From the NCBI GenBank assembly GCA_900617105.1, contig UYFQ01000004.1, forward strand, positions 248,001-312,000: a DNA stretch of 64,000 nucleotides, in the 5' to 3' direction. The position numbers and the translations under genes are program-made. A model generated the notes under the pieces. The model saw nothing but the letters and a program-made list of their open reading frames with translations, made no database searches and was not told where the DNA came from. Below, piece by piece: positions 29,056-38,954 of the stretch; positions within the stretch are counted from its first letter, which is position 1, and each line of letters opens with the position of its first letter. The stretch comes from Hydrurus foetidus (lineage: Eukaryota).

Positions 29056-30723
29056 TTAAACATGGCAGCGGCGTTGCACCACACGGAAGCGGTTAGCCAC
29101 AAAAGCAGAATCTGAATACGCGGCGTTGGCCGAGGGGTTGCCGCCGGTGCCGTGGTAATCCGAGAATGCGGCCGATTGGTTCACAAAAATGTTGCTGGTC
29201 AGGTTGATCGACAACGCGACTTTGGTGCGCCAGGTGGCAGCGACCATCGCGTCTACCACCGCCGCATCCGTGGCGTAAATGCCCGTGGTTAAGGCACCAT
29301 GATTGGCCACAAGCCTTTCAGACAATGCGATGGCAGCTGCGATATTTGTAGCACGCACCACGAAACTGATGGGGCCAAAGCGCTCTTCCATGTAGGCGGC
29401 TTCATCCGTCGCGTCGCATTTCAGCAGCGTGGGGGTGCGTACCTGGGCATCGGGGAAATCGGGGTTGTGCAGCTTTTTCGTGGGCAGCACGACCTCTGCC
29501 AAACGGTGCGCTTCGTCCACGCGGCGCAGCGTGTCTTCGGACTGGATGGCACCCAGCACAGCGCAGGCGATTTTTTCATCGGCCACAAAGGCGGCGATGG
29601 CAGCGCCCACATCAGCGGCCACCTCATCAAACGTCTTGTGCCCTTCGTCGGTGGCGATGCCACCTGCAGGCACGATGATGGCCTGCGTGGTGGTACACAT
29701 CTGGCCCGAGTACAGGCACAGCGTGAAGGCCAGGTTTTTCAGCATGGCGCGGTAGGCATCGGTGGACGCGATCACCACATTGTTCACACCTGCCAACTCG
29801 GCATAGACCTGCGCTTGTTTGCAGTTCGCAATCAGCCAATTGCCGAAGACGTTGCTGCCGGTGAAGTCCACCGATTTCACATCTTTGTGCAGCGCCAAGG
29901 CTTGGGTAGCGCTGCGCTGTGGCGTGACGGCCAGGGTGATGAGGTCAGGGTTGATGCCGTTTTCACTCAGCACCTCACGGATCACGGCGACGGTGATGGC
30001 TGCGGGCAGAATAGCGTTGCTGTGCGGCTTGACGATGACGGCGTTGCCCGTGGCCAGCGCGGCGAACACGCCGGGGTAGGTGTTCCAGGTGGGGAAGGTG
30101 CCACAACCAATCACCAAGCCGACACCACGGCCCACGATCTCAAAGTTTTTTTGCATCCGCAACGGGGCGTTTTTGCCCTGGGGTTTTTCCCAGATGACTT
30201 CGGCGGGGATGGCCGCTTGCTCGCGCCACGCGCAGGCCACCGCCTCCAGACCCCGGTCTTGGGCGTGCGGGCCACCGGCTTGAAACGCCATCATCCAGCC
30301 CTGGCCGGTGGTCATCATCACCGCGTGGCCGATCTCAAAGCTGCGCTGGTTGAGGCGGTGCAGGGCTTCCATCAGGATGCCGGTGCGGCCCTCTGCACCC
30401 AATTGGCCCCAAGCGCCCATAGATGCTGTGCCAGCAGCTATCAACTTCTCAGGATCGCAGACGGGGTAAGTCACGTCCAGCGCCACGCCATAGGGGGATT
30501 TTTCGCCCCCGTGGACACCCGTTTGACCGGGCTGGTTCACAGAGAAGGCAAAGGGCTTGTTCAAGTAGCTTTGGAAGGCTTGCTTGCCCACTTCTGCCGC
30601 TGTCTCGCCGTAAACCTTGGGGCTGGGTTGCTCGTTGTACGCAGCCCAGTAGCCTCGGGTGGCAAGGGCTTGGACGGCGTTGTTCAAATGGGCTTGGTGT
30701 TTTTCAAACAGGGGGTGGGTCAT
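29056..30723 (-). CDS. paaN: Phenylacetate degradation aldehyde dehydrogenase PaaN
   Basis: QAGGPHAQDRGLEA, GCGTFPTWN, YSGQMCT, EERFGP. Confidence 0.9.
   Translation of the reverse strand: MTHPLFEKHQAHLNNAVQALATRGYWAAYNEQPSPKVYGETAAEVGKQAFQSYLNKPFAFSVNQPGQTGVHGGEKSPYGVALDVTYPVCDPEKLIAAGTASMGAWGQLGAEGRTGILMEALHRLNQRSFEIGHAVMMTTGQGWMMAFQAGGPHAQDRGLEAVACAWREQAAIPAEVIWEKPQGKNAPLRMQKNFEIVGRGVGLVIGCGTFPTWNTYPGVFAALATGNAVIVKPHSNAILPAAITVAVIREVLSENGINPDLITLAVTPQRSATQALALHKDVKSVDFTGSNVFGNWLIANCKQAQVYAELAGVNNVVIASTDAYRAMLKNLAFTLCLYSGQMCTTTQAIIVPAGGIATDEGHKTFDEVAADVGAAIAAFVADEKIACAVLGAIQSEDTLRRVDEAHRLAEVVLPTKKLHNPDFPDAQVRTPTLLKCDATDEAAYMEERFGPISFVVRATNIAAAIALSERLVANHGALTTGIYATDAAVVDAMVAATWRTKVALSINLTSNIFVNQSAAFSDYHGTGGNPSANAAYSDSAFVANRFRVVQRRCHV
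29305..29352 (-). repeat. Dispersed ~48-bp motif copy (in paaN)
   Basis: GCTACAAATATCGCAGC-TGCCATCGCA-TTGTCTGAAA-GGCTTGTGGC-C. Confidence 0.6.
30406..30453 (-). repeat. Dispersed ~48-bp motif copy (in paaN)
   Basis: CCTGAGAAGTTGATAGC-TGCTGGCACA-GCATCTATGG-GCGCTTGGGG-C. Confidence 0.6.
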
Positions 30724-30777
30724 GGGGTTGTCTCGGTAGGGGTTCAATGGCGGTTGAGTGGCGTTTCAGTGGCGCTG

Positions 30778-31866
30778 TCAGCTGTGTGAGTGGTCTTCGT
30801 CAAAATTCACGGTCAACTTGTCCGTCACGGGATAACTCTGGCAGCACAGCACAAAGCCACGGGCGACTTCGTAGTCTTCCAGCGCAAAGTTGATGTCCAT
30901 GTCCACCTCACCCGAAATGACCTTGCCCCGGCAGGTGCTGCACACGCCGCCTTTGCAGGCGTAGGGCATCTCCAGACCGGCTTTGAGGCCCGCGTCGATC
31001 AGGTTGTCCTGGTTTTTGTCCATCGTGAAGTGGTGGCGCGTTCCGTCCAAAATCACCTCGACTTCGCACTGGTCACGGCCTTGCACGGCGGTGCGCGGGG
31101 CGCGGGGTTGGCCGCTGAGCGCGGTGCCAAACAACTCCACTTTGATGCGCTCAGACGCCACGCCGCTGTCTTGCAGGGCTTGGCGGGTGGCCAGCATCAT
31201 GTCTTCGGGGCCACAGATGAAGGCGGCATCAATCCCGGACGGGTCAATCCAGTCCGTTAGCAACTGCGTGCATTTGGCGTGGTCGATGCGGCCATTGAAC
31301 AGCGGAATGTCTTGCGACTCGCGGCTCATGACCCACACGAGGTTGAAACGGCTGAGGTACAGGTCTTTCAGGTCTTCGAGTTCTTCCTTGAACATCACAC
31401 CGCTGCTGGAGCGGTTGCCGTAGACCAGGGTGACGCGGCTGTTCGGTTCGGCCAAGAGCGTGGTTTTGACGATGGACAGGATGGGCGTGATGCCACTGCC
31501 CGAGGCAAAGGCGACGATGTGGCGGGCCGCTGTCGGCTCCACGGGGATGTGGAAGTGCCCCTGCGGCGGCATCACGTCGATCTGTACACCGGGCTTCAAG
31601 TGGTCAGCCGCCCAGTTCGAGAAGGCACCGCCCGCGACACGTTTGACGGCTACCCGCAGCCGTCTATCTTGGGCTGCAGCACAGATGGAGTAAGAACGGC
31701 GGGTCTCCATGCCGTCCAACGAGGTGCGCAGAGTCAGGTACTGGCCCTGGGTGTAGGCGAAGGTGTTTTGCAGTGCATCGGGCACGTCAAAAGTGATCGC
31801 CACGGCATCGCGGGTGACCGCTTCGACCTGGGCGACGGCAAGGGAATGGAATTGGAGTGTGGCCAT
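30778..31866 (-). CDS. paaE: Phenylacetyl-CoA epoxidase reductase subunit
   Basis: RRSYSI FAD motif, GSGITP, 2Fe-2S CKGGVCSTC. Confidence 0.95.
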   Translation of the reverse strand: MATLQFHSLAVAQVEAVTRDAVAITFDVPDALQNTFAYTQGQYLTLRTSLDGMETRRSYSICAAAQDRRLRVAVKRVAGGAFSNWAADHLKPGVQIDVMPPQGHFHIPVEPTAARHIVAFASGSGITPILSIVKTTLLAEPNSRVTLVYGNRSSSGVMFKEELEDLKDLYLSRFNLVWVMSRESQDIPLFNGRIDHAKCTQLLTDWIDPSGIDAAFICGPEDMMLATRQALQDSGVASERIKVELFGTALSGQPRAPRTAVQGRDQCEVEVILDGTRHHFTMDKNQDNLIDAGLKAGLEMPYACKGGVCSTCRGKVISGEVDMDINFALEDYEVARGFVLCCQSYPVTDKLTVNFDEDHSHS

Positions 31867-31916
31867 GATGGTTTTAATGCGTGGCGTTAATTCGTAGCTT
31901 TTGTGCGTGACTCCGC

Positions 31917-32453
31917 TCAATGCGGCTTGAAATAATCGAACGGCTCCAGGCAGTCCAGGCAGCGGTAGAGCGCTTTGCAGGCGGTGGAGCCGAACTGCGA
32001 GACAAGCCGGGTGCGGCGCGAGTTGCACTGTGGGCAAGGGACGACAGCGCGGGCAGGCATCAACGCGGAGATGTCAATGACTTGGGGTGTTTGCTCAGCC
32101 CCCGGTGCTCGCATCACAGGCGGCGCAATGCCGTAAGCCCTCAGCGCCTCACGCCCCGCCTGCGTCATCCAGTCCGTCGTCCAAGCGGGCGACAACTGCA
32201 ATTGCACCTCCACGGGTGACACCCCATGCATCGCCAGCGTGTCACGTATCGTTTGCGCTATAACTTCAGTAGCTGGACACGCCGAATAGGTGGGCGTGAC
32301 AGTCACTTTCCATCCAAATTCCGAGCTGCCCTGCACATCGCGCACGATGCCCAGATCCACGACTGAGACGGCAGGCACTTCCGGGTCCATCACGTCCCCC
32401 AGCCAGCCCCACACCGCGTCGGCGGTGACCGCAGCGTTCAACGCGGTGTTCAC
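31917..32453 (-). CDS. paaD: Phenylacetyl-CoA epoxidase subunit PaaD
   Basis: DPEVP, TPTYSACPA, WTTDW, CPQC...CLDCLEPFDYFKPH; GTGA overlap with paaC. Confidence 0.93.
   Translation of the reverse strand: MNTALNAAVTADAVWGWLGDVMDPEVPAVSVVDLGIVRDVQGSSEFGWKVTVTPTYSACPATEVIAQTIRDTLAMHGVSPVEVQLQLSPAWTTDWMTQAGREALRAYGIAPPVMRAPGAEQTPQVIDISALMPARAVVPCPQCNSRRTRLVSQFGSTACKALYRCLDCLEPFDYFKPH
32257..32304 (+). repeat. Dispersed ~48-bp motif copy (in paaD)
   Basis: GCTATAACTTCAGTAGC-TGGACACGCC-GAATAGGTGG-GCGTGACAGT-C. Confidence 0.65.
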
Positions 32454-33229
32454 CACTGCGCCCCTGGATACGCCCGCTGCACAAACTGCATCGGTGCCAA
32501 CACATGCCCCAAATGCTCGCTGTGCACCCCCAACCGCCCGCCGCGCTGATGGCCGATGTGCGTGGGTTTGACCAGCGTCGCGCGGGCCAAAACTGCGTCC
32601 ACGCTGGCGTGCCAAGGCGCGGACAAGCTCTCCGCAGCAGGGGCCAGCCCCTGATCCGCGCATTCAGCGTCCACCGCATCCGATTCAAACCATTCCTGGG
32701 TGTACGGCCAGAGGCGGTTCACTGCCGCTTGCATCCGCTGGTGGCTTAAGGGCGTGCCATCGCCCAACGCCACCATCAGCCCGGCGCTGCGCTCAAGGTG
32801 GTAGCGCACTTCTTTGACTGATTTCTGCGCAATCTCGGCGATGCGCGGGTCGCTGGACTGGCTCAAACCAGCCAGCAGCAGTTGGTGCCACACGTCGAAC
32901 AAAAACTGCCGCACCACGGTGTCGGCATAGTGACCACCGCTGTCGTTGGGCTGCTCGACGATCAGCAGGTTGCGGAACTCGGCACCGTCGCGGAGAAATG
33001 CCAGCGCATCTTCGTCACGGCCTTTGCCCTCCACCTCAGCGGCGTAGCTCAGCCACAGGCGGGCTTGGCCCAGCAAATCCAGCGCGACGTTGGTCAGTGC
33101 CAAGTCCTCTTCCAGCGCCGGGCCGTGGCCGCACCAGGCACCGAGTTGTTGTGACAGGATCAGCCCGTTGTCGCCCAGGCGCAGCAGGTAATCAAATTTG
33201 GCGATGTTGGCTTTAAGTGGGGAGGTCAT
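32450..33229 (-). CDS. paaC: Phenylacetyl-CoA epoxidase subunit C
   Basis: WCGHGPALEEDLAL, KEVRYH, QRAYPGAQW. Confidence 0.95.
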   Translation of the reverse strand: MTSPLKANIAKFDYLLRLGDNGLILSQQLGAWCGHGPALEEDLALTNVALDLLGQARLWLSYAAEVEGKGRDEDALAFLRDGAEFRNLLIVEQPNDSGGHYADTVVRQFLFDVWHQLLLAGLSQSSDPRIAEIAQKSVKEVRYHLERSAGLMVALGDGTPLSHQRMQAAVNRLWPYTQEWFESDAVDAECADQGLAPAAESLSAPWHASVDAVLARATLVKPTHIGHQRGGRLGVHSEHLGHVLAPMQFVQRAYPGAQW

Positions 33230-33242
33230 AACTTGCCGCGCC

Positions 33243-33572
33243 TCACATGTTCTTCACACCATCGGGCGTGGGGTAAAAGGTGGGGTGGCGGTAGACCTTG
33301 CTCTGTGCCGGGTCGTACAGCGCCTCTTTGTCGCCGGGGCTGCTGGCCACCACGTCATCGGCACGCACGGCCCAGATGCTGACGCCCTCGTTGCGCCGGG
33401 TGTACACGTCGCGAGCGTGCTGAATGGCACTGGCGCCGTCCACCGCGTGCAGGCTGCCCACATGCTTGTGCGCGAGGCCATGCTGGCTGCGGATGAAGAT
33501 TTCCCACAGGGGCCATTCTTTGGCGGGGCTGTAAGTGGTGGTGTTTGTTGAGGTGGTTGAGGTGGTCGTCAT
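33243..33572 (-). CDS. paaB: Phenylacetyl-CoA epoxidase subunit B
   Basis: WPLWEIFIR, ARDVYTRRNEG, KVYRHPTFY. Confidence 0.95.
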   Translation of the reverse strand: MTTTSTTSTNTTTYSPAKEWPLWEIFIRSQHGLAHKHVGSLHAVDGASAIQHARDVYTRRNEGVSIWAVRADDVVASSPGDKEALYDPAQSKVYRHPTFYPTPDGVKNM

Positions 33573-33573
33573 G

Positions 33574-34596
33574 TCATGCTGCCTGGGTGTGGAGGCTGTC
33601 ATTGCTGCTGGCGTGGTGGCTGCGTTGTTCTTGCTTATCGGCGTGTGCGCTCATCGCTTCACGGAACCACGCGCCCTCGTCCCAGGCTTTGTTGCGGGCA
33701 GCCAAGCGTTCGGCGTTGCAAGGGCCATTGCCTTTGATGACGTTGTAGAAGTCGTCCCAGTCGATCTGGCCGTAGTCGTAATGGCCGGTGGCTTCGTTCC
33801 ATTTCAAGGCAGGGTCGGGCAATTCCAAGCCAAGGAATTCGATTTGCGGCACGGTCTGGTCGATGAACTTTTGGCGCAGTGCGTCGTTGGAAAGCGTCTT
33901 GATCTTCCAAGCCATCGACTGCGCACTGTTGGCCGAAGCGTCGTCCGCCGGGCCGTGCATGGCAATAGACGGCCACCACCAGCGGTTCATCGCGTCCTGC
34001 GCCATCGCCTTTTGCGCAGGCGTGCCCCGACACAGCGCGACCATGATGTCAAAGCCCTGGCGCTGGTGGAAGGATTCTTCCTTGCACACCCGCACCATCG
34101 CCCTGGCATAGGGGCCGTAGGAACAACGGCACAGCGGGATCTGGTTGACGATGGCCGAGCCGTCCACCAACCAACCAATTGCGCCCATGTCGGCCCAGGT
34201 CAGCGTGGGGTAGTTGAAGATGCTGGAGTATTTGGCCTTGCCCGAGAGCAAGTCCAGGTAGGTTTCGTCGCGCGTCACGCCCAGGGTTTCGACCGCGCTG
34301 TACAGGTACAGGCCGTGGCCGGCTTCATCCTGTACCTTGGCCATCAGGATGGCTTTGCGCTTGAGCGTGGGGGCACGGCCAATCCAGTTGCCCTCGGGCA
34401 GCATGCCCACGTATTCGGAATGCGCGTGCTGCGAGATTTGCCGCACCAGGGTTTTGCGGTAGGCCACAGGCATCCAGTCTTTGGCCTCGATCTTGATACC
34501 AGCGTTGAGCTTTTCCTGGAAGGCACGCTCTTGCGGCTCCATTTGGTCTAGCGTTTTAACGGCTTTGCTGCCGGTTTCCACGAGCTGTGCGTACAT
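33574..34596 (-). CDS. paaA: Phenylacetyl-CoA epoxidase subunit A
   Basis: QHAHSE, QDEAGH and KEESFH diiron motifs. Confidence 0.97.
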   Translation of the reverse strand: MYAQLVETGSKAVKTLDQMEPQERAFQEKLNAGIKIEAKDWMPVAYRKTLVRQISQHAHSEYVGMLPEGNWIGRAPTLKRKAILMAKVQDEAGHGLYLYSAVETLGVTRDETYLDLLSGKAKYSSIFNYPTLTWADMGAIGWLVDGSAIVNQIPLCRCSYGPYARAMVRVCKEESFHQRQGFDIMVALCRGTPAQKAMAQDAMNRWWWPSIAMHGPADDASANSAQSMAWKIKTLSNDALRQKFIDQTVPQIEFLGLELPDPALKWNEATGHYDYGQIDWDDFYNVIKGNGPCNAERLAARNKAWDEGAWFREAMSAHADKQEQRSHHASSNDSLHTQAA

Positions 34597-34666
34597 ACCA
34601 AACTCCAGTCACAGGGGGGTTGATGCGGATCAAAAATCCGCAAAATTTGAGAATGGGCCGAATAAT

Positions 34667-34709
34667 AGTGATACAAGAAGACTCATACAATTAAAATCTG
34701 TGTATCACT
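34667..34709. promoter_or_regulatory. PaaX operator
   Basis: AGTGATACA...TGTATCACT inverted repeat; TGATAC-N27-GTATCA has the spacing of the E. coli TGATTC-N27-GAATCA operator. Confidence 0.8.
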
Positions 34710-34715
34710 TTTAAG

Positions 34716-35651
34716 TTGCAACAAAGGACAACCGTGCGGTCAAAAAACACCGAAGGGCAAATCTCCACCAAGGTCGCCAGGGTGCGGCGCGGCTTGGTGC
34801 TGCGAGCCAACTCGCTGCTGATCACGGTCTATGGCGACGCGATTGCACCGCGTTCGCAATCGGTATGGCTGGGCAGTCTGATTCACTTGGCCGAGCTGTT
34901 TGGCCTGTCCTCCCGTCTGGTGCGCACCAGCGCTTTCAGGCTGACGGCTGACAACTGGTTTGTCGCCACGCGCATTGGGCGGCGCAGTTACTACGGTTTG
35001 TCTGACGTGGGAATGCTGCGCGTCCAGCACGCCGACCGGCGCATCTACGAGTTCAAGTTGCCCGAATGGGACGGCCAGTGGACGCTGGTGATGCTGGATG
35101 CGTCCCTGCGCGCCAGCGCCCGCCAGCATCTGCGCCGCGAGCTGCTGTGGGAAAGCTTTGGTCAGGTGTCGCCCACGCTGTTCGCCCACCCCCATGCCGA
35201 CCACCGCTCGCTGGCCGACATCCTGAAAGCCGCCAAAGCGGAAGACAAGGTGGCCGTGCTGAGCGCCACCAGCCTGGACGCTTACGCCCGCCGTCCGCTG
35301 CAAACCATCATGCACGACACCTTCAAGCTGACCGAGGTGGCGCTGGCCTGGAAACAGTTCACGGCCCGCTTCGCCCCCATGACGGACGCGCTGCCCACGC
35401 TGACCCCCACCGAGACCTTCTTCGTCCGCACCCTGCTGATCCACGAGTACCGCCGCGTGCTGCTGCGCGACCCCAATCTGCCCGAAGCCCTGCTGCCAGC
35501 AGACTGGCCAGGTATAGCGGCGCGGCAGCTGTGCGAAACGCTGTACCGAGGGCTGCTGGCGGCGAGTGAGGTGTATCTGTGTGAACAGGTGGAGACTGCA
35601 GATGGGGCGCTGATGAGGACACCTGAGGGGATTGCGGGGCGGTTGGGGTAG
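34716..35651 (+). CDS. paaX: paa operon repressor PaaX (start uncertain; GTG at 34734 possible)
   Basis: SLLITVYGD, WDGQW, LLRDPNLPEALLPADWPG. Confidence 0.93.
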   Translation: MQQRTTVRSKNTEGQISTKVARVRRGLVLRANSLLITVYGDAIAPRSQSVWLGSLIHLAELFGLSSRLVRTSAFRLTADNWFVATRIGRRSYYGLSDVGMLRVQHADRRIYEFKLPEWDGQWTLVMLDASLRASARQHLRRELLWESFGQVSPTLFAHPHADHRSLADILKAAKAEDKVAVLSATSLDAYARRPLQTIMHDTFKLTEVALAWKQFTARFAPMTDALPTLTPTETFFVRTLLIHEYRRVLLRDPNLPEALLPADWPGIAARQLCETLYRGLLAASEVYLCEQVETADGALMRTPEGIAGRLG

Positions 35652-35717
35652 CCTCTATCCGGTGGTGCGTGCATGCGCGAGGACAGCAAAGTGACCGAAT
35701 AAGTCCGTCAGTCAAAG

Positions 35718-36041
35718 CTACGCCAGCACCTCAAGCCCATGCTTTTGAATAACCGCCAACAGCTTCAACGCCATGCCACTCGGGCGCTTCATTCCCGTTT
35801 CCCACTTTTGCACCGTGGATTCACTGGTGTTCAGATAACGGGCAAACACAGGCTGACTGACGTGTGAATTTTCACGTATTTGTTTGATCTGTATTGGTTC
35901 AATTTTCGGTGGGGCGGCGAGGCACGATTCGTCGAATTCCCGCATGGTGGCTTTGCTGATCGTGCCTGCCCGGCGCAATCCCTCTGCTGCGCTGTGAATC
36001 GCTTCAAAGGCATCGCTTTTAAATTTGGTTTTGCTTGTCAT
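35718..36041 (-). CDS. HTH (Xre) antitoxin, HigA-like
   Basis: SQPVFARYLNTSESTVQKWETG...PSG; overlaps the toxin stop codon. Confidence 0.85.
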   Translation of the reverse strand: MTSKTKFKSDAFEAIHSAAEGLRRAGTISKATMREFDESCLAAPPKIEPIQIKQIRENSHVSQPVFARYLNTSESTVQKWETGMKRPSGMALKLLAVIQKHGLEVLA

Positions 36042-36402
36042 GACATAGCTCCAGTAAGTCACCGTTACGCAATTCGATATCCACCTCAGAGGCTGTTTTA
36101 AGCGCGTAAGCTTCAGCCAACTTTCTGAATGCGGCAAGTTCACTGGGCGAGATATTGGCACGATCTTGCTTTGCAAACAGGTAGGTGTACACCCAATACC
36201 GCCCACCTTTGGCAAGAATGATGGAGCGGTGCAGGTTGTCATTCAAGCGTTTCTTGAAAACCCCACCGCCAAGATCATCGGCTTGCCCTTGCTGAACTTC
36301 CCGAACAGCAGCACACAAGTCATCATCCTCAATGCGAGATTTCTTAGCCGTCTTGGTGAACCAAGCCGTTTTAAAGACTCGCGATGAGAGTTTTACAGAC
36401 AT
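36019..36402 (-). CDS. RelE/HigB-like toxin
   Basis: ADDLGGGVFKKR...YLFAKQDRANI; toxin-first operon with lower GC. Confidence 0.85.
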   Translation of the reverse strand: MSVKLSSRVFKTAWFTKTAKKSRIEDDDLCAAVREVQQGQADDLGGGVFKKRLNDNLHRSIILAKGGRYWVYTYLFAKQDRANISPSELAAFRKLAEAYALKTASEVDIELRNGDLLELCHDKQNQI

Positions 36403-36489
36403 GAATTAGTGTAGCACCTGGTGCTCTCTTTATGTCAAAACTTAACCACGCCGCTGAAGCAGTGCAGCCACAGACAAACAACGACTCAC

Positions 36490-37014
36490 TCAAGACCCCT
36501 CCCGGCACAACCCCGCGTTCGACGAGGTGTCATGCCTACCAAGCCCCGCCAACCCCAACAGCAAGCGCCCCGAGGCCGTCAGCACTGCACGCAGGGCAAT
36601 GGCCAGATCGCGGGCGGGATGGGCTACATCGTCCAGCCAAGTGGAGTGGGTGCTGGCCGCCACCGGGCTGCGCAGGGATTGCGCCGCAGGGGCCCATGTG
36701 AAGTAGACAGCAGGTGCATTGGTTTGGCCCTCATGCCAAGGCTCAATCACCATGTACTGGCCACTTTGCAGGCGAATCGCTTCACCGGCGTGCAGAAATT
36801 GATCGCCCTGCACACGGGTGTGTCCTGGGTGTGGCCCGCTCAGGGTGGCCCAGACGCTGCCGTGGGTGACGCGAAACTCACCGGCTTGCTGGGGCCGCAA
36901 GGTGGTCGCGTGACCGGGCTGGAGCACCCAAGCGCCAGCGCACGCTGGTGGCCGTGATTGTGCAGGGGGTTGATGAGCCCCGGCAGACCCGGTAGCGGTG
37001 TTCAGTTCATTCAT
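36490..37014 (-). CDS. DUF2917-like protein
   Basis: RVTHGSVWAT...GDQFLHAGE motif. Confidence 0.7.
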   Translation of the reverse strand: MNELNTATGSAGAHQPPAQSRPPACAGAWVLQPGHATTLRPQQAGEFRVTHGSVWATLSGPHPGHTRVQGDQFLHAGEAIRLQSGQYMVIEPWHEGQTNAPAVYFTWAPAAQSLRSPVAASTHSTWLDDVAHPARDLAIALRAVLTASGRLLLGLAGLGRHDTSSNAGLCREGS

Positions 37015-37278
37015 GGTGCTCTCCTAAGAACAGTGGCTTGGGAATGAATGATCGCGGCATATGCAGCAGCCGTCCAATGAAAGAGGCAGGCCCTATTCAT
37101 TCTGAAATCGCATCAATACGCTTCACGCAGGCCTCTCGCAGCCTTGCCATTGCAGAGACATGCGCAGAGTGACACCGAAAACGATGCATACTGTTTCGTG
37201 ATCTGAACTTTGTCCCTTCGCTGCACCAACCACACCCTTTACGGCTTACCCGTCGTTACTTGACAGTTACTGGCCCTC

Positions 37279-38943
37279 ATGCAACACCTGCTCAACCTTC
37301 TCGCCGCCATCGCGCTCCTCGTCTGGGGCACACACACCGTGCGCACCGGCATTCTTCGGGTGCTTGGCGAGGATTTGCGCAAGGTGCTCAAACGCAGTGT
37401 GGACAACCGGCTGACGGCGATGATTGCGGGGTTGGGCGTGACAGGGCTGGTACAAAGCAGCACGGCCACCTGTTTGATCGTGTCGTCCTTCGTCGGCCAG
37501 GGCTTGATCGCGACGGGTGCGGGCTTGGCGGTGATGCTGGGAGCGGACATGGGCACCAGCCTGATGGCAGTGGTGTTTTCGTTTGATTTGTCGTGGCTGT
37601 CGCCGCTGTTGATCGTGGTGGGGGTGTTCTTGTTCACCTCGCGGCAAAACACCACGGCGGGGCGCATTGGGCGGGTGTTGATTGGCTTGGGGCTGATCAC
37701 GCTGGCGCTGCAACTGATTGTGTCTACCACCCGGCCCCTGACGCTGTCTCCCGTGGTGCAAAGCCTGCTCGCCGCCCTGCCTAACGAGGTGCTGCTGGAC
37801 ATCCTGGTGGGGGCAGTGTTGACGGTGTTTGCGTACTCCAGCCTCGCCATCGTGCTGCTGACGGCGGCGCTGGCGGCATCAGGCATCTTGCCCCTGACCG
37901 TGGCACTGGGTTTGGTGCTGGGGGCTAACCTGGGCAGCGGCATACTGGCCGTGTTGTCCACCGCCAAAGCCGGGCCTGCAGAGCGGCGCGTGCCGGTGGG
38001 TAATTTGGTGTTCAAGGTGATTGGCTGTGCGCTGATGCTGGTGGTGATGCCCTATGTGCCGGGCATCCTGAAAACCGTGTCGGCTTTCATGCCTTCGCCA
38101 CTGAGTTTGGTGGTGAGCTTTCACCTGCTGTTCAACATCACGCTAGGGATACTGTTCATCAGCTTCACCAAGCTGCTGGGGGCACAAATGGACAAATGGC
38201 TGCTCATTCCCGTCAAAGTCAGTGCCACCGACCGGCCCAAGCACCTTGACCCCACGGCGCTCGCCACGCCTTCGCTGGCGATTTCGTGTGCAGCCCGTGA
38301 AGCGTTGCACCAGGCCGATGTGGTGGAAACCATGCTGCGCGGCATGTTGACCGTTATCAAAACCAATGATCTGGTGCTGGCGGAGCAACTGCGCAAGAGC
38401 GATGACACGGTGGACGAGCTGTACTCGGCCATCAAGTTTTACCTGACACAAATTTCGCGTGAAGCGCTGTCAGAGCGCGAAGGCCGCCGCTGGACGGACA
38501 TCGTGTCGTTCACCATCAACATGGAGCAAATTGGCGACATCATCGAGCGGGTGTTGCAAGACGTGGAGGACAAGAAAATCCGCAAAAACCGCAGTTTTTC
38601 CGATGCAGGCATGGCCGAGATTTGCCACCTGCATGAACGCCTCGTCTCCAACCTGCGCCTGGGCATGAGCGTGTTTTTGGACGGCCACATGAAAGACGCG
38701 CAAAAGCTGCTGGAAGAAAAAGTCCACTTCCGCGAGCTGGAGCGCGAATACGCCACCACCCACCTCTCACGCCTGCAAGACAACACGCCTGAGAGCATCA
38801 GCACCAGCTCACTGCACATTGACCTCATCAGCGACCTGAAGCGCATCAACTCCCACATTTGCTCGATTGCCTACCCGATTCTGGAGGCCGCCGGTGCGCT
38901 GACTAAGACGCGGCTGAAGGAGCCGGGGTTGTTGTCGCCCTAG
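37279..38943 (+). CDS. Na/Pi cotransporter family protein with PhoU domains (YjbB-like)
   Basis: VQSSTAT, GADMGT and GANLGS repeats; helical C-terminus DLKRINSH. Confidence 0.92.
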   Translation: MQHLLNLLAAIALLVWGTHTVRTGILRVLGEDLRKVLKRSVDNRLTAMIAGLGVTGLVQSSTATCLIVSSFVGQGLIATGAGLAVMLGADMGTSLMAVVFSFDLSWLSPLLIVVGVFLFTSRQNTTAGRIGRVLIGLGLITLALQLIVSTTRPLTLSPVVQSLLAALPNEVLLDILVGAVLTVFAYSSLAIVLLTAALAASGILPLTVALGLVLGANLGSGILAVLSTAKAGPAERRVPVGNLVFKVIGCALMLVVMPYVPGILKTVSAFMPSPLSLVVSFHLLFNITLGILFISFTKLLGAQMDKWLLIPVKVSATDRPKHLDPTALATPSLAISCAAREALHQADVVETMLRGMLTVIKTNDLVLAEQLRKSDDTVDELYSAIKFYLTQISREALSEREGRRWTDIVSFTINMEQIGDIIERVLQDVEDKKIRKNRSFSDAGMAEICHLHERLVSNLRLGMSVFLDGHMKDAQKLLEEKVHFRELEREYATTHLSRLQDNTPESISTSSLHIDLISDLKRINSHICSIAYPILEAAGALTKTRLKEPGLLSP

Positions 38944-38954
38944 GCGGACTGCGG

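Noticed and set aside
22870..30789. Long plus-strand ORFs (509, 397, 496 aa) opposite the paa/ABC genes
   Set aside because: Antisense shadows typical of GC-rich coding DNA, with no recognisable motifs.
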